Part shown: positions 54,259-63,981 of the stretch, in pieces
Position numbering within the stretch: position 1 is the stretch's first letter
Layout: the number at the start of each line of letters is the position of its first letter
Sequence record: NC_019538.1
DNA: 64,000 nucleotides
Reading direction: 5' to 3' (one strand)
The notes under the pieces: model-generated
What the model saw: the letters and a program-made list of their open reading frames with translations, nothing else
Told to the model about the DNA's origin: nothing
The model's database searches: none
Translations under genes and position numbers: made by a program

Positions 54259-54486
54259 TTATTTGACGATGGTGAAACCAGATTGTACCAGACTTTCCAC
54301 TTGACCAGCACCAACACGACCAACGGTGTTCATTGAAAAGTCTGGACTGTGAGTGATCCCCTGAGATTCGAGATAATCTAATACGGTGATATATGCAACT
54401 TTCAAGCTTACTGCTTCCACTAAGAAATCTTTCATATTGGTAGAACCCAGAACCTTGATAGACACAGCGTAATTGAACTTTTTCAT
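54259..54486 (-). CDS. hypothetical protein
   Basis: 75 aa; TTGACA-type promoter upstream (about 54530-54558). Confidence 0.75.
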   Translation of the reverse strand: MKKFNYAVSIKVLGSTNMKDFLVEAVSLKVAYITVLDYLESQGITHSPDFSMNTVGRVGAGQVESLVQSGFTIVK

Positions 54487-54553
54487 TTCTCTCTCCTTAA
54501 GGGGAACACTCCCCGTTTCGACAAGACCTATATTATCAGAATACGACTAGATG

Positions 54554-54760
54554 TCAACGCTCTAATTGCGATTGTTTGCAAATATTTTTATATCGTGCTT
54601 CTAAGCAATCCAACCAGTGACGATGCACAGGATCCGGATTCTTTTCCAGATGTTCTGTCAACATATCGATCATTAGCTGGAAATTATCAATCAGATATGC
54701 TTGGTCGTCAAACTCTAGTGGGATGAATGTAACCCCTTGATTCCACGAATATTTTTTCAT
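54554..54760 (-). CDS. hypothetical protein
   Basis: 68 aa. Confidence 0.65.
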   Translation of the reverse strand: MKKYSWNQGVTFIPLEFDDQAYLIDNFQLMIDMLTEHLEKNPDPVHRHWLDCLEARYKNICKQSQLER

Positions 54761-55314
54761 ACAAATACATCTTCCATAGTGAAGTTGATAGAGCCTAACG
54801 CTTCTTTGAGGATATCAACCGTTTTGTATACTGCTGGGATTGTCTGATAGTCCTCCAAACCCCGATGACGATACAGATGGTGGCGGATCATCATATCAAT
54901 GACGCTACTGGTAATCGTCTTGATATCACTGGGGTATTTGCTGCCGATATACCGTTTGTATTCCTTGATGAACCATTCTTGAGAACGAAATTTAGTTCGT
55001 TTCAGAAATTCCGTGGGGATCGTGATACTCATTTCTGAGGTAATCCACACCTTGGTATATTCGCGACCTACAATATATTCCTTTTCTTCACGAACAAACG
55101 CTTTATAAACGGTATCTCCAATAGAAGAGTTAGGTTCAAATTCCCAATGAGAGATAACACCATCATTGTTTATCTCGATTGTACCAGCTTTGTGGTCAAC
55201 AGTACAATCATCAGGATTGTACCTAATTGCATCTTTGAATTCGCCACTTTCGCCGACCCAAACAACCCATTGACTCATGAATGTACCGTAGTGGCAGTAA
55301 CCAATTTTCATCAT
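54757..55314 (-). CDS. hypothetical protein
   Basis: 185 aa. Confidence 0.7.
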   Translation of the reverse strand: MMKIGYCHYGTFMSQWVVWVGESGEFKDAIRYNPDDCTVDHKAGTIEINNDGVISHWEFEPNSSIGDTVYKAFVREEKEYIVGREYTKVWITSEMSITIPTEFLKRTKFRSQEWFIKEYKRYIGSKYPSDIKTITSSVIDMMIRHHLYRHRGLEDYQTIPAVYKTVDILKEALGSINFTMEDVFV

Positions 55315-55709
55315 TAACCCTCGATTTTGAACTCGTTGTAACCGATAAGAGATACCTTACGTTCTTTCTTATGGTACACCAGTTGGCGAATTACATCAAC
55401 TTCTTTAACGTGATTTCGAATATAGTTGTCAAGATCCATCATGGAGTAACCTGAAATTCTAACCCCGTTTATAACTCGGTCTGATGGCATCGATACGGTA
55501 TCAAATACATTAACACACAAAGTACGAGCTTCTTGCCAAGACAGGTTAATCATAGCCTGTTGTTGCCCACCACGAGTATCGTAGTATCCTGTCCAGCCCT
55601 TTCCATTGTTCGGACGATAACCAATCAACCACATAAGGTTATCCATATGTTCCATTACTACTTTAGCATTAGGCCATTTGTCGAAGTTTTTCATTTTACT
55701 TGTACCCAT
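55314..55709 (-). CDS. hypothetical protein
   Basis: 131 aa. Confidence 0.7.
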   Translation of the reverse strand: MGTSKMKNFDKWPNAKVVMEHMDNLMWLIGYRPNNGKGWTGYYDTRGGQQQAMINLSWQEARTLCVNVFDTVSMPSDRVINGVRISGYSMMDLDNYIRNHVKEVDVIRQLVYHKKERKVSLIGYNEFKIEG

Positions 55710-56188
55710 TCGTTGTTTTCATGATAAATAGAGTCTGATTCGCGGAAGAATACCGGAAGGTCGTCGAATTCTTGAACAAGGCTTTCAGCAATCATCTTCA
55801 TAATCTCGATACCTTCTTGGTTGTGACCAATAGAGATATAAACCTTATCTCCCTCGTAAACAAATCCATCGATTTCCTCTTTCTGAGAAACGGTACACAT
55901 AAACATGTTTCGTTTTCCACTCTCTGAGTTAAAGACGACGGAAAAGTTTTTGAAGTCGTAAGAATGAATCGTTGCAAATCCACCAACGCCACTGGTATTC
56001 TTCGCATGAATCCGTTGAACAAGATTATGAACAACGTGGCCGATGTCGGTGATGTTCATGTTATGATTGCTGATGTCAACAAAAATAGAAGTACATACGC
56101 TCATAATAAAATTCCTTAATTGTGTTTTGTTTCGACAAATAGAGGATACCTTTATTGATATCCTCTTGTCAACATGTTTAATCAACAA
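55691..56188 (-). CDS. hypothetical protein
   Basis: 165 aa. Confidence 0.65.
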   Translation of the reverse strand: MLIKHVDKRISIKVSSICRNKTQLRNFIMSVCTSIFVDISNHNMNITDIGHVVHNLVQRIHAKNTSGVGGFATIHSYDFKNFSVVFNSESGKRNMFMCTVSQKEEIDGFVYEGDKVYISIGHNQEGIEIMKMIAESLVQEFDDLPVFFRESDSIYHENNEWVQVK

Positions 56189-56612
56189 ATTTCAGGGAAG
56201 GACAGAATTTTTCTTTCTTCGCTTTCAGGAAAGATACAATCAACGATTCTTTATATTCTCCATTGGCTTTTTCTTCTAGCTTCTTGGCGTCCCGCTTCCA
56301 TTTCTTTTGGCGGGCAGAACTCTTAACATGGTCGTATAGAATGGCTACCCCAACCATAATTGTAACAAAAATTGCAATCAATACAGCACCAATCAAAGGA
56401 GAAGTTACCAAAACAATACCACTTGTGATACCAAATGCTTTCAGAGTAGCCAACCCAACACTCGCCATTGCAAAAATAAATAGGGTTGCTAATCCAGATA
56501 CCATAACCAAAGCCCAAACAGTTTTCCAAAAATATGGACACAAACTAGTCGGGATTTTGTTGAACAGTGTGTTAAGTAGACGATAATGCCAGCTTGATTT
56601 GTTAATATTCAT
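56178..56612 (-). CDS. membrane protein (SWHYRL...SLCPYFW family)
   Basis: Two TM segments. Confidence 0.75.
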   Translation of the reverse strand: MNINKSSWHYRLLNTLFNKIPTSLCPYFWKTVWALVMVSGLATLFIFAMASVGLATLKAFGITSGIVLVTSPLIGAVLIAIFVTIMVGVAILYDHVKSSARQKKWKRDAKKLEEKANGEYKESLIVSFLKAKKEKFCPSLKFVD

Positions 56613-56614
56613 TT

Positions 56615-56998
56615 TTATTCCTTTTCAATTTTCCAGTTGATGATGAGATTATCTAATGTACTCATCTTTTTATCGCCGCGATTATAACCTATATGATCAT
56701 AAAAGTCCCATACACTATCAAAATAAATTTCTTGATTTTTGTAGTAGTCTGTTTCTCCAATAGATTTATTCAACCGTTCATTACTACCGGGATCGCTCGT
56801 ATCATACCGACCGAATACACCCTTGTCAATGACCCCCATATGTTTGTCATACCACCGGTTTAGGATACGACCGACAAACCCCTCAATAGAGGTAAGTTGA
56901 CGATACCAACCGCCTTTTGGGTGTCCGTCATAAATCCGGATCCGATATAGCTGTGTGATCGGGTGTTCATAAAATTTATAAGTATAAACTTTATCCAT
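56615..56998 (-). CDS. hypothetical protein
   Basis: 127 aa. Confidence 0.7.
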   Translation of the reverse strand: MDKVYTYKFYEHPITQLYRIRIYDGHPKGGWYRQLTSIEGFVGRILNRWYDKHMGVIDKGVFGRYDTSDPGSNERLNKSIGETDYYKNQEIYFDSVWDFYDHIGYNRGDKKMSTLDNLIINWKIEKE

Positions 56999-57347
56999 TA
57001 CTGAGTTCCTTTAAGATACGAATAGACTCTTCACGCATTGCCTTCATTTGGGTTGTCCACCAGTGCCAATGAAGGGTCTTACATTGGGCAGCCGCTTCAT
57101 TTGCTTTCTCTTCTGAGTCAAAAACATACTTGACGGTTTTGAATCGGATGAAAGAGTCTTCCACCAACTCACCTTCTGTTTGGTCAACAGGACAATAATC
57201 CCGTTTGGAAATGTATATCCGGTCACCAGAAACCTTGGTTACTAGGTTTGGTTTTGAAGAAACCACGCCACCATGGAAAATCGATTCAGTTAAAATCCAT
57301 TTGTCAACTAGATGTGCGTGTTTTTCTACTTTTTCTTTCTTACTCAT
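56991..57347 (-). CDS. hypothetical protein
   Basis: 118 aa. Confidence 0.7.
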   Translation of the reverse strand: MSKKEKVEKHAHLVDKWILTESIFHGGVVSSKPNLVTKVSGDRIYISKRDYCPVDQTEGELVEDSFIRFKTVKYVFDSEEKANEAAAQCKTLHWHWWTTQMKAMREESIRILKELSNG

Positions 57348-57660
57348 TTACCACCTCAAACTTGTCAGTGTTCATCTCTTCGAGATGACCCCATTCACTA
57401 GTACCCAACGAGATGACTTTCCCTTCTTCTGTGACGATTACGTAATCACGAGCACAAATATCCAAACAATCACCATCTACTGTTGGAGGATTATAAGCCT
57501 CTTGACCATCAAATGGAATCTGTTTCAGAACATAAACCCATTTGATGTTAGGAAACAACCCTTTCAGGTTAGCCAATGCATGTTCACATTTAACATACTT
57601 ATATGAATCGACATGCCAACTTTCGCCATAGAATTCATTTACATTATCAAAATCAATCAT
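57340..57660 (-). CDS. hypothetical protein
   Basis: 106 aa. Confidence 0.7.
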   Translation of the reverse strand: MIDFDNVNEFYGESWHVDSYKYVKCEHALANLKGLFPNIKWVYVLKQIPFDGQEAYNPPTVDGDCLDICARDYVIVTEEGKVISLGTSEWGHLEEMNTDKFEVVNE

Positions 57661-57668
57661 AAATTACC

Positions 57669-57911
57669 TTAAAATTGAATACTCGGAGAAACCATATAAC
57701 TTTCGACATCCATATGTGGGAAGTACGTGATTGTCAAGGTATCAACCCCTTTAACCATTCGATCCTCGACTGGAACAAGACGGTTAATCTCCTTCCGGAT
57801 CTCCTTGAGGTCATCTTTAACACTATGAGTTTTCCCACGGACCTTTTTACCAGAAAGGCTAATTGTGGTTTTTCCAAGTACATTACTATAATATGAAGTG
57901 ATATAAACCAT
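57669..57911 (-). CDS. hypothetical protein
   Basis: 80 aa, AAGGAG RBS. Confidence 0.7.
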   Translation of the reverse strand: MVYITSYYSNVLGKTTISLSGKKVRGKTHSVKDDLKEIRKEINRLVPVEDRMVKGVDTLTITYFPHMDVESYMVSPSIQF

Positions 57912-57971
57912 ACTTTTCTCCTTTGTCGGTGTATTGGTATGTTCTCATTCAATACACCTTTTGTCAACTAC

Positions 57972-58163
57972 TTATACAGACAAACACCAAATATCTTGAG
58001 TCTCTGTGTCGTCTCGAACTACATCTAGTTCGCCCCAACAATCAGTTTTCTTCGCAATTTCAATTGCTTCCTCTTCTGAGTTTGCATATACATAAGCAGT
58101 CTTGTGCCCGCGAACGTATCCACTAATCTCTTTTCTTACCTCATATTCTTTCATCTGGCTCAT
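57972..58163 (-). CDS. hypothetical protein
   Basis: 63 aa; ANSEEEAIEIA motif. Confidence 0.7.
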   Translation of the reverse strand: MSQMKEYEVRKEISGYVRGHKTAYVYANSEEEAIEIAKKTDCWGELDVVRDDTETQDIWCLSV

Positions 58164-58166
58164 CTT

Positions 58167-58445
58167 TTACCCCTTATAATTCTTTTCAAGTACATCAATG
58201 ACGTGAGAAACCATAGCTTTGTTTTTATTCTTTTCCCTACTGAATTCCCTGATATCCATAGAGAAAAGACTTTTTGGGAGAGAGAATGCTCTCATCAAAA
58301 ATCCATCACCCCGAGCTGATGAATCATCAATAAAGAAGTCATATTCATCTTCCCAAACACGAATTTCTCGTAGATATTTCTTGACAAATTGAGAAATTGT
58401 AATCTCAATTGTTTTTGTTGTTACTACTTGATATGTATATTTCAT
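58167..58445 (-). CDS. hypothetical protein
   Basis: Start MKYTYQ overlapping the MTase stop (TGATG). Confidence 0.65.
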   Translation of the reverse strand: MKYTYQVVTTKTIEITISQFVKKYLREIRVWEDEYDFFIDDSSARGDGFLMRAFSLPKSLFSMDIREFSREKNKNKAMVSHVIDVLEKNYKG

Positions 58446-59161
58446 CAGTAAAATTCCGCTGTTGCTATTTCGACCATAGGACTTACCCCATGCCATTCAG
58501 AAAGATAAATCGACGTGTCTACACCACATCCCGGATCAAGACGGATACCGGTTTGTTCGGTGAACTTCAAATACTTGTTTGATTGTTCTTTGTCACAAAA
58601 TGAACGTACACCACTATATTTAAATCCAGCACTCATTTGCGGGATAATAAAGACCCCGTATTCAGATACCTTACTAGCGGCCTCTATTACCTTATATTCG
58701 AATTCTGCCCCAGTATACCGACCTTTATAACCAGATGTATTGATGTTACCAAAAGGTGGGTTGCTAATACAAAAATCAAACCGGTCATTAGTGTTATCAC
58801 AGTATTCCAGTGCGTCACCACGGATCCAGTTTGCATTAGGTACGACTCGTTTACCAACCTCAAAATACTCGTGGTTCAATTCAACACAAGTAATATCGTT
58901 GTCATACAACCAGAAAGACAGGCCACCAATACCAGCACACAGATCCAATACAGAGCGATCTGGATTGACTTCAATCATTGCATCACGAGCTAACATGACT
59001 GGGGTGAAGAATGCACCAGCAAGTCCATTCATCTGGGTTGCTCCCTCTTGGTAATTCTCAAGGATAAAACAACGTTCATCCCATGAGAGGACTTTATCAG
59101 AGTGAACAAGATCCATAGCCTTGTTATGGAGTTTCAAAGCCTGTTTGCTGATCTTAGCCAT
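58445..59161 (-). CDS. N6-adenine DNA methyltransferase-like protein
   Basis: GAFFTP, SAM motif VLDLCAGIG, motif IV ISNPPFG. Confidence 0.88.
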   Translation of the reverse strand: MAKISKQALKLHNKAMDLVHSDKVLSWDERCFILENYQEGATQMNGLAGAFFTPVMLARDAMIEVNPDRSVLDLCAGIGGLSFWLYDNDITCVELNHEYFEVGKRVVPNANWIRGDALEYCDNTNDRFDFCISNPPFGNINTSGYKGRYTGAEFEYKVIEAASKVSEYGVFIIPQMSAGFKYSGVRSFCDKEQSNKYLKFTEQTGIRLDPGCGVDTSIYLSEWHGVSPMVEIATAEFY

Positions 59162-59164
59162 TGG

Positions 59165-59467
59165 TCATTTACTCCATCGCTTATATTCAGTTGGGCAAAT
59201 GTCTTGGACCGGACATTCATCACAATAGCCTGATGTATGCATCACTTCTACACCGGGCTTGGTCACTTCTTCCCATACATCATTATCAAGTGTCTCGTTA
59301 TGGATACAGCCCCAGATTTCTGCTTCTTTCCGTCCCCAGTAAAAGATTGGCATTGTGTTAGCAATCTTGGTGCACAGTTTTTGAAGCTTCTTCTTATCGT
59401 TCATCACATTACGTTTTTGAACGGCTTTCAGTTCTTTGTACTCTTCTTCTGTCAAAATATATTGCAT
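59165..59467 (-). CDS. hypothetical protein with Cys motifs
   Basis: WGCI...YCDECPVQDICP. Confidence 0.7.
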   Translation of the reverse strand: MQYILTEEEYKELKAVQKRNVMNDKKKLQKLCTKIANTMPIFYWGRKEAEIWGCIHNETLDNDVWEEVTKPGVEVMHTSGYCDECPVQDICPTEYKRWSK

Positions 59468-59700
59468 TACACAAACTCCAATTTAAGGAAAGACCCTTGG
59501 AGATGACCGACGTTTCGGCCACCCATAGATGGAACACCAAGATAAGAATCCCAATCAATTCCGTACTGAGATTTTTGTGGGAAAAGAACAACAATAATAG
59601 AACGAATATCTGGCTCGTTCGTGGTCCCGCTATTCCACAAGTAGGTTCCGGGGGTTTTTGGTGTATAAGGTGAAAAACTACTCAGGTTAATCTCCATCAC
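59467..59700 (-). CDS. hypothetical protein
   Basis: 77 aa. Confidence 0.65.
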   Translation of the reverse strand: MMEINLSSFSPYTPKTPGTYLWNSGTTNEPDIRSIIVVLFPQKSQYGIDWDSYLGVPSMGGRNVGHLQGSFLKLEFV

Positions 59701-59948
59701 TTACCCTCTTTCAACATATCGATAAACGCACCACGAATTGATTCTTTGCATTCGTCTGTGTTTTGGTTACTACCACACCAGATAGACTCCGCAACACCTT
59801 TAAGGCCCTGTTCCTGCACGTTAACGGCGGCATAACCAACGAGAGCAAATTGTGCGACAACCATCAAGAGGATACCAATAATGAACACGGTAAAGATCTT
59901 GTTGAAGTGACGGAAAAACCAAGGCTGGTTACTGTTAAAATTGCGCAT
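59697..59948 (-). CDS. small membrane protein
   Basis: TM segment; GLKGVAESIWCG. Confidence 0.7.
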   Translation of the reverse strand: MRNFNSNQPWFFRHFNKIFTVFIIGILLMVVAQFALVGYAAVNVQEQGLKGVAESIWCGSNQNTDECKESIRGAFIDMLKEGK

Positions 59949-59951
59949 ATT

Positions 59952-60440
59952 TTATTCCTCAAGATTAATATAAAAATTTGATGGTGTGATATTTGAGCCG
60001 ATTGACTCAAGTTCTTTATAAATATCACGTTCGCGAATCTTAAGCTGTTTAATCTCTTTTGTCAACGCGATCTCTTTACTTTTAATATGGCGGCTCAGAT
60101 CGAATTTTTTCTTGATATACTCAGATACTTCTGGGTCATTCATAGCCCATTCCATCATCATGGTCTTTGTGAATTTCGGTTGTCCACGCAAAATAATTTC
60201 TTCTGAATCAAGAAAAGCTTCGATCTCCGTCTTAGAAAATGGCATGGTGTAACCCGGATGATAATTCACTGTTTTCCTGTCTTCGCTAATGACAACTGGT
60301 CGGAAGAATTCATCCTCTTCAATAGTAAACCATTTCGGATATGCACATACATCTCTGATACTATTATATAAATCGATATTGTTGTTGGCGATAAACAAAT
60401 CCCAATTCTTTTGACTTTTAAACTTATATTTCTTTTTCAT
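59952..60440 (-). CDS. hypothetical protein (YKFKS family)
   Basis: 162 aa. Confidence 0.7.
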   Translation of the reverse strand: MKKKYKFKSQKNWDLFIANNNIDLYNSIRDVCAYPKWFTIEEDEFFRPVVISEDRKTVNYHPGYTMPFSKTEIEAFLDSEEIILRGQPKFTKTMMMEWAMNDPEVSEYIKKKFDLSRHIKSKEIALTKEIKQLKIRERDIYKELESIGSNITPSNFYINLEE

Positions 60441-60441
60441 C

Positions 60442-60660
60442 TTATTTTCCGTTCAAAAATTGTTTCAGTTGTTCTTTACATTGGTCGAGTTCAATACGAG
60501 CTTGTGCTTTAGCTGCCTTATTGACTTCATTCCGAATAGTATTGCTGTAGATCCAATGGTTATCAGTACCACCAGAAGTCGTTACAGAGATACCATTTTT
60601 GATAATATCTTCTAAAACTTTGATTTGGTCAATGATTTTATGGGATTGTTCGTAAGTCAT
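60442..60660 (-). CDS. hypothetical protein
   Basis: 72 aa, GGAG RBS. Confidence 0.7.
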   Translation of the reverse strand: MTYEQSHKIIDQIKVLEDIIKNGISVTTSGGTDNHWIYSNTIRNEVNKAAKAQARIELDQCKEQLKQFLNGK

Positions 60661-60674
60661 GTTATATCTCCTAA

Positions 60675-60935
60675 TTATCCAAGGTCTTGAAGGATGAGGA
60701 TGGTTCGGTTAGCTGGGTCGGCGTGAACATCATAGAACCCTTTATATTGACCGTCTGTGATGACGAAAGAGTTACCCCAACCGATGGATACCTTTTGGTA
60801 ATTGATATCGTGGCGCTTGAAGAAACGTTCTGCCATTTCTTCGCTGTGACCAGACAACCATTTGACTTCAACTGCGTAAGCACCAGTAGGAAGGAGTTCG
60901 AAATTTTTCATGATATTACCTCTTAGTTGAACCAT
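60675..60935 (-). CDS. hypothetical protein
   Basis: Start probably MKNFEL. Confidence 0.6.
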   Translation of the reverse strand: MVQLRGNIMKNFELLPTGAYAVEVKWLSGHSEEMAERFFKRHDINYQKVSIGWGNSFVITDGQYKGFYDVHADPANRTILILQDLG

Positions 60936-61123
60936 GGGTCGTTAATCATTTCTTCTAAACGAGCTTGGATTTCTTTAATCTCTTGCTCGTAATCAGCGAG
61001 AAGACCAGCATATTCTTTTTTGGCGTTATCGTCAAGGTCTTTTGACAACATATTTCGACAGTATGCGGCCTGTTTGTCAAGCGATTCTAACTTCTTCATG
61101 TTCAGTTCAACGTAATGGTTCAT
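60923..61123 (-). CDS. coiled-coil hypothetical protein
   Basis: 66 aa, GGAGG RBS, own promoter (TTGCAT...TAGAAT). Confidence 0.75.
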   Translation of the reverse strand: MNHYVELNMKKLESLDKQAAYCRNMLSKDLDDNAKKEYAGLLADYEQEIKEIQARLEEMINDPWFN

Positions 61124-61199
61124 ATCGTTTCCTCCGAATCAACAAAGCCCATTCTACATGAACGGGCTTAAAATGCAACTACTATTTTTGGAAACTATC

Positions 61200-61430
61200 C
61201 TAATTCATGTAAGCCTGATATAGATAAATTTTTGGACCATAATGAGAATATTTCTCAATCCACAAAAATTCATGCACCAGACCAAACTTGTTTGTGGCTT
61301 CCCAGATATACCCATCGTCACGATTTGCGTTAACCTTGGTAAATTCTGGTTTCTTTGTGCACTTGAATGGACCAAAGCGACCATCCCAAAACTCAGTACC
61401 GATATCAATTTTTTCGATTATGTCTTTCAT
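61200..61430 (-). CDS. hypothetical protein
   Basis: 76 aa. Confidence 0.65.
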   Translation of the reverse strand: MKDIIEKIDIGTEFWDGRFGPFKCTKKPEFTKVNANRDDGYIWEATNKFGLVHEFLWIEKYSHYGPKIYLYQAYMN

Positions 61431-61876
61431 AGTTGAACCTCGTAATATGACTGTATGATATCATTGACTGTTCCAATAGAACAAGACTTGATATTATCCT
61501 TACTGGTGTAGTATGTCATTACTAAAACATCTTCGCCTTGTATGCACATTTCAGATACAAAGAAATCGTATGTGTCATCATATCCATATTCGGTGATTTT
61601 ACCAGTGGACCCTACTTGTAGTCGATCTGTTATCACCCTGTTTACATCATGTCCGGGTGGGGTGTTGATCCCATGTTCGACATGTTCGATATCATCACCG
61701 TGTTTTTCTTGAAACTCAGTACTAGACATATAGACAGGGTGGTTTCCGAATGGATTAGGTGTGATCTGACGTCCATTGGTAACATGAACAAAAATTTGGA
61801 TATCACCTTTCATATAGACTGTATAATAACCGAACGTCATTTTCTTGACAAAATCATTTAGCTTTATATTCATCAC
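61427..61876 (-). CDS. hypothetical protein
   Basis: 149 aa. Confidence 0.7.
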   Translation of the reverse strand: MMNIKLNDFVKKMTFGYYTVYMKGDIQIFVHVTNGRQITPNPFGNHPVYMSSTEFQEKHGDDIEHVEHGINTPPGHDVNRVITDRLQVGSTGKITEYGYDDTYDFFVSEMCIQGEDVLVMTYYTSKDNIKSCSIGTVNDIIQSYYEVQL

Positions 61877-61882
61877 AAGTCC

Positions 61883-62113
61883 TCACAGAGTAACAAAGTA
61901 ATAGATACCGTAATACCAAAGGATCTCAGTAATAGTACCAATTGGGTGTTGACTAACAGTCAGTTTGCCATCACCAAACAACTTGTTATTGATTACCGCA
62001 ATACGAAGAAATGGTGCATTCCAATGGAAGTATGTACCAATAACCATAAGTACCAGAGAAAAACATTCCCAAGCAGACAAAGTAAACAACCAAGTATTGA
62101 TAGATTCGAACAT
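61883..62113 (-). CDS. small membrane protein
   Basis: Hydrophobic segments. Confidence 0.65.
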   Translation of the reverse strand: MFESINTWLFTLSAWECFSLVLMVIGTYFHWNAPFLRIAVINNKLFGDGKLTVSQHPIGTITEILWYYGIYYFVTL

Positions 62114-62123
62114 AATAATTTCC

Positions 62124-62507
62124 TCAGTTAAATTTGGCTACAACAGCCATAAAGTTTTCGACGTTTTCATTAAAGAACTTGATTACCGCATCACATGCTT
62201 CGAGTTGAGTTTTCTTCTTACGAAGAACCGGCTTACCAACACTACTCAGTAGGACTTTAAACTTGGTTTCGTCTTCGTGTATGATGAATTGAATGATGCG
62301 CCCGTTGAAATATTTTACACCAGTTTCAACCTCTTTACCAGTTGCAATGAATGCAACGGTAGTATCAGCTTGTCCAATACACCAGCTAGGATATGCCTGA
62401 ATGTATGGAAGAAGAACAGGATCTACCTTAGAAAGGATATAATCCGCATTCTTTTGCATTTCTGCGAGACGGGTGGCCTTGTTTACTTCATATTCGTTAG
62501 CAGTCAT
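62124..62507 (-). CDS. hypothetical protein
   Basis: 127 aa, GAGG RBS, promoter upstream. Confidence 0.75.
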   Translation of the reverse strand: MTANEYEVNKATRLAEMQKNADYILSKVDPVLLPYIQAYPSWCIGQADTTVAFIATGKEVETGVKYFNGRIIQFIIHEDETKFKVLLSSVGKPVLRKKKTQLEACDAVIKFFNENVENFMAVVAKFN

Positions 62508-62553
62508 GATTTCTTCCTCTTGTTTCGATATGGATAATGTAACCTATCTATTT

Positions 62554-62745
62554 TTAAAAAGCAATAGCCATCTCATCACAATGTCGATAAACATATGATT
62601 TTCTTCCAACGAATACGCGATAGCTTCCACCAATGGTTACTTTGACGTCAGTAATTACACCGACATCAACTCCATATCGAAGAAGGTTTTTATCAACAAG
62701 TTCTTTCTTGATGATGTTAACGAAGTCCACTGACATAATTTTCAT
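62554..62745 (-). CDS. hypothetical protein
   Basis: 63 aa. Confidence 0.6.
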   Translation of the reverse strand: MKIMSVDFVNIIKKELVDKNLLRYGVDVGVITDVKVTIGGSYRVFVGRKSYVYRHCDEMAIAF

Positions 62746-62849
62746 AGCTACTTTTCCTTACGAACTTCAAGCCAGACCAACAAACCAAATATTACTGCAA
62801 CACCAACCAAAGTTTCAAGAACAAAAACATTAAAAAATGTCATAAAATC

Positions 62850-63047
62850 TCACATATCCAAATAAATATTGCTTGCTTTTTCTAGGTCTTCTTCACCGAA
62901 AAAACTGTAAACAAGACCGTCCATTCCCATGGTGGATTCATCCCCTTCCCGTTCTTCCCACTCGTATTTTATTCCGGATAGTTCGAGTTGAGTTTCAAAC
63001 ATAGAAGCTGAATTATTCCAGTGGTCAAACCATAATGTATAATACAT
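62850..63047 (-). CDS. hypothetical protein
   Basis: Likely start MYYTLWF next to the upstream stop. Confidence 0.6.
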   Translation of the reverse strand: MYYTLWFDHWNNSASMFETQLELSGIKYEWEEREGDESTMGMDGLVYSFFGEEDLEKASNIYLDM

Positions 63048-63048
63048 T

Positions 63049-63258
63049 TCACACCCCATATTCTCTTTTGTAAAGTTCAATATCATCATTGGTAAGGTAT
63101 GATGAACTACATTTTGTCATATAGCAAGCACTTTCATTATTCATCTTAAAGATTCTGGCCGAACCTATTGATAAATAAGGAATTTTATTAAGGTTGAGGA
63201 ATGAGTCAACCCATTCCTCTTTACCTTCAACCTCAAGTTTAACAAGTCCGTCGTTCAT
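63049..63258 (-). CDS. hypothetical protein
   Basis: Likely start MNDGLV. Confidence 0.55.
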   Translation of the reverse strand: MNDGLVKLEVEGKEEWVDSFLNLNKIPYLSIGSARIFKMNNESACYMTKCSSSYLTNDDIELYKREYGV

Positions 63259-63751
63259 CTCGGATCCTCTCAACCAGACCACCAACACCAACCTCAAGAT
63301 CGTTACAAAAATAAGAAGGTAGATCGTCGTTGTAAAGTGTAATCAAATGACCGTAACCGACAGTCAAGATCTCTTCATTACCTTCAATATCAACGATAAT
63401 AGAGTCCGATTTGAAGAAATCTTTTACCTCAAACCATACATGTTTAAGTCGGTCTGCATCGTCATAATAAGAAGCTCGTACAACGTCACCAACCTTAAGT
63501 TCTTCACGTTCACCAAACGTATACAAACAACCGTCAATAAAGGCGTAATGCCACTGAGTTGTGTTACAGTGAGATGTAGGTGTTTTGTAATAGTAACTAT
63601 GAACAGAATCAAATTTGATGTCTACACCGTTTTCTAACTTGATCTGACCATACATATGATTCAGATCGACAATTTTTGATTTCAGGTTACCATCATTGAA
63701 CGAGTCACCAATAACCAATCGTTTCCAAGTATTCTTTTTCCAGAAAATCAC
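63239..63751 (-). CDS. hypothetical protein
   Basis: 170 aa. Confidence 0.65.
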   Translation of the reverse strand: MIFWKKNTWKRLVIGDSFNDGNLKSKIVDLNHMYGQIKLENGVDIKFDSVHSYYYKTPTSHCNTTQWHYAFIDGCLYTFGEREELKVGDVVRASYYDDADRLKHVWFEVKDFFKSDSIIVDIEGNEEILTVGYGHLITLYNDDLPSYFCNDLEVGVGGLVERIRDERRTC

Positions 63752-63981
63752 ACGTCTTCCCTCAGTTTTTCGATATCTTGTTCGATATCATCAATCTGAC
63801 CACGGAGTTTTTCCCGCTCCCAATAATGGTCAACTCCCGTCATCGCCTCGATATTGAAATATTCTTCAATATCGTTATCAAGTTCACGAACTTTAAAATA
63901 GAGATCCATGATCTCAGACTCATGCTTATGACCAACCGGGAGAAAACGAGATGGATAGACCAGATTTTTAATCCCTACCAA
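63748..63981 (-). CDS. hypothetical protein
   Basis: 77 aa. Confidence 0.65.
   Translation of the reverse strand: MVGIKNLVYPSRFLPVGHKHESEIMDLYFKVRELDNDIEEYFNIEAMTGVDHYWEREKLRGQIDDIEQDIEKLREDV

Noticed and set aside
2348-63981. Homing endonucleases, introns or inteins typical of T4-likes
   Set aside because: No GIY-YIG, HNH or LAGLIDADG motifs or intein signatures recognised in any ORF; g52, tk and e appear uninterrupted.
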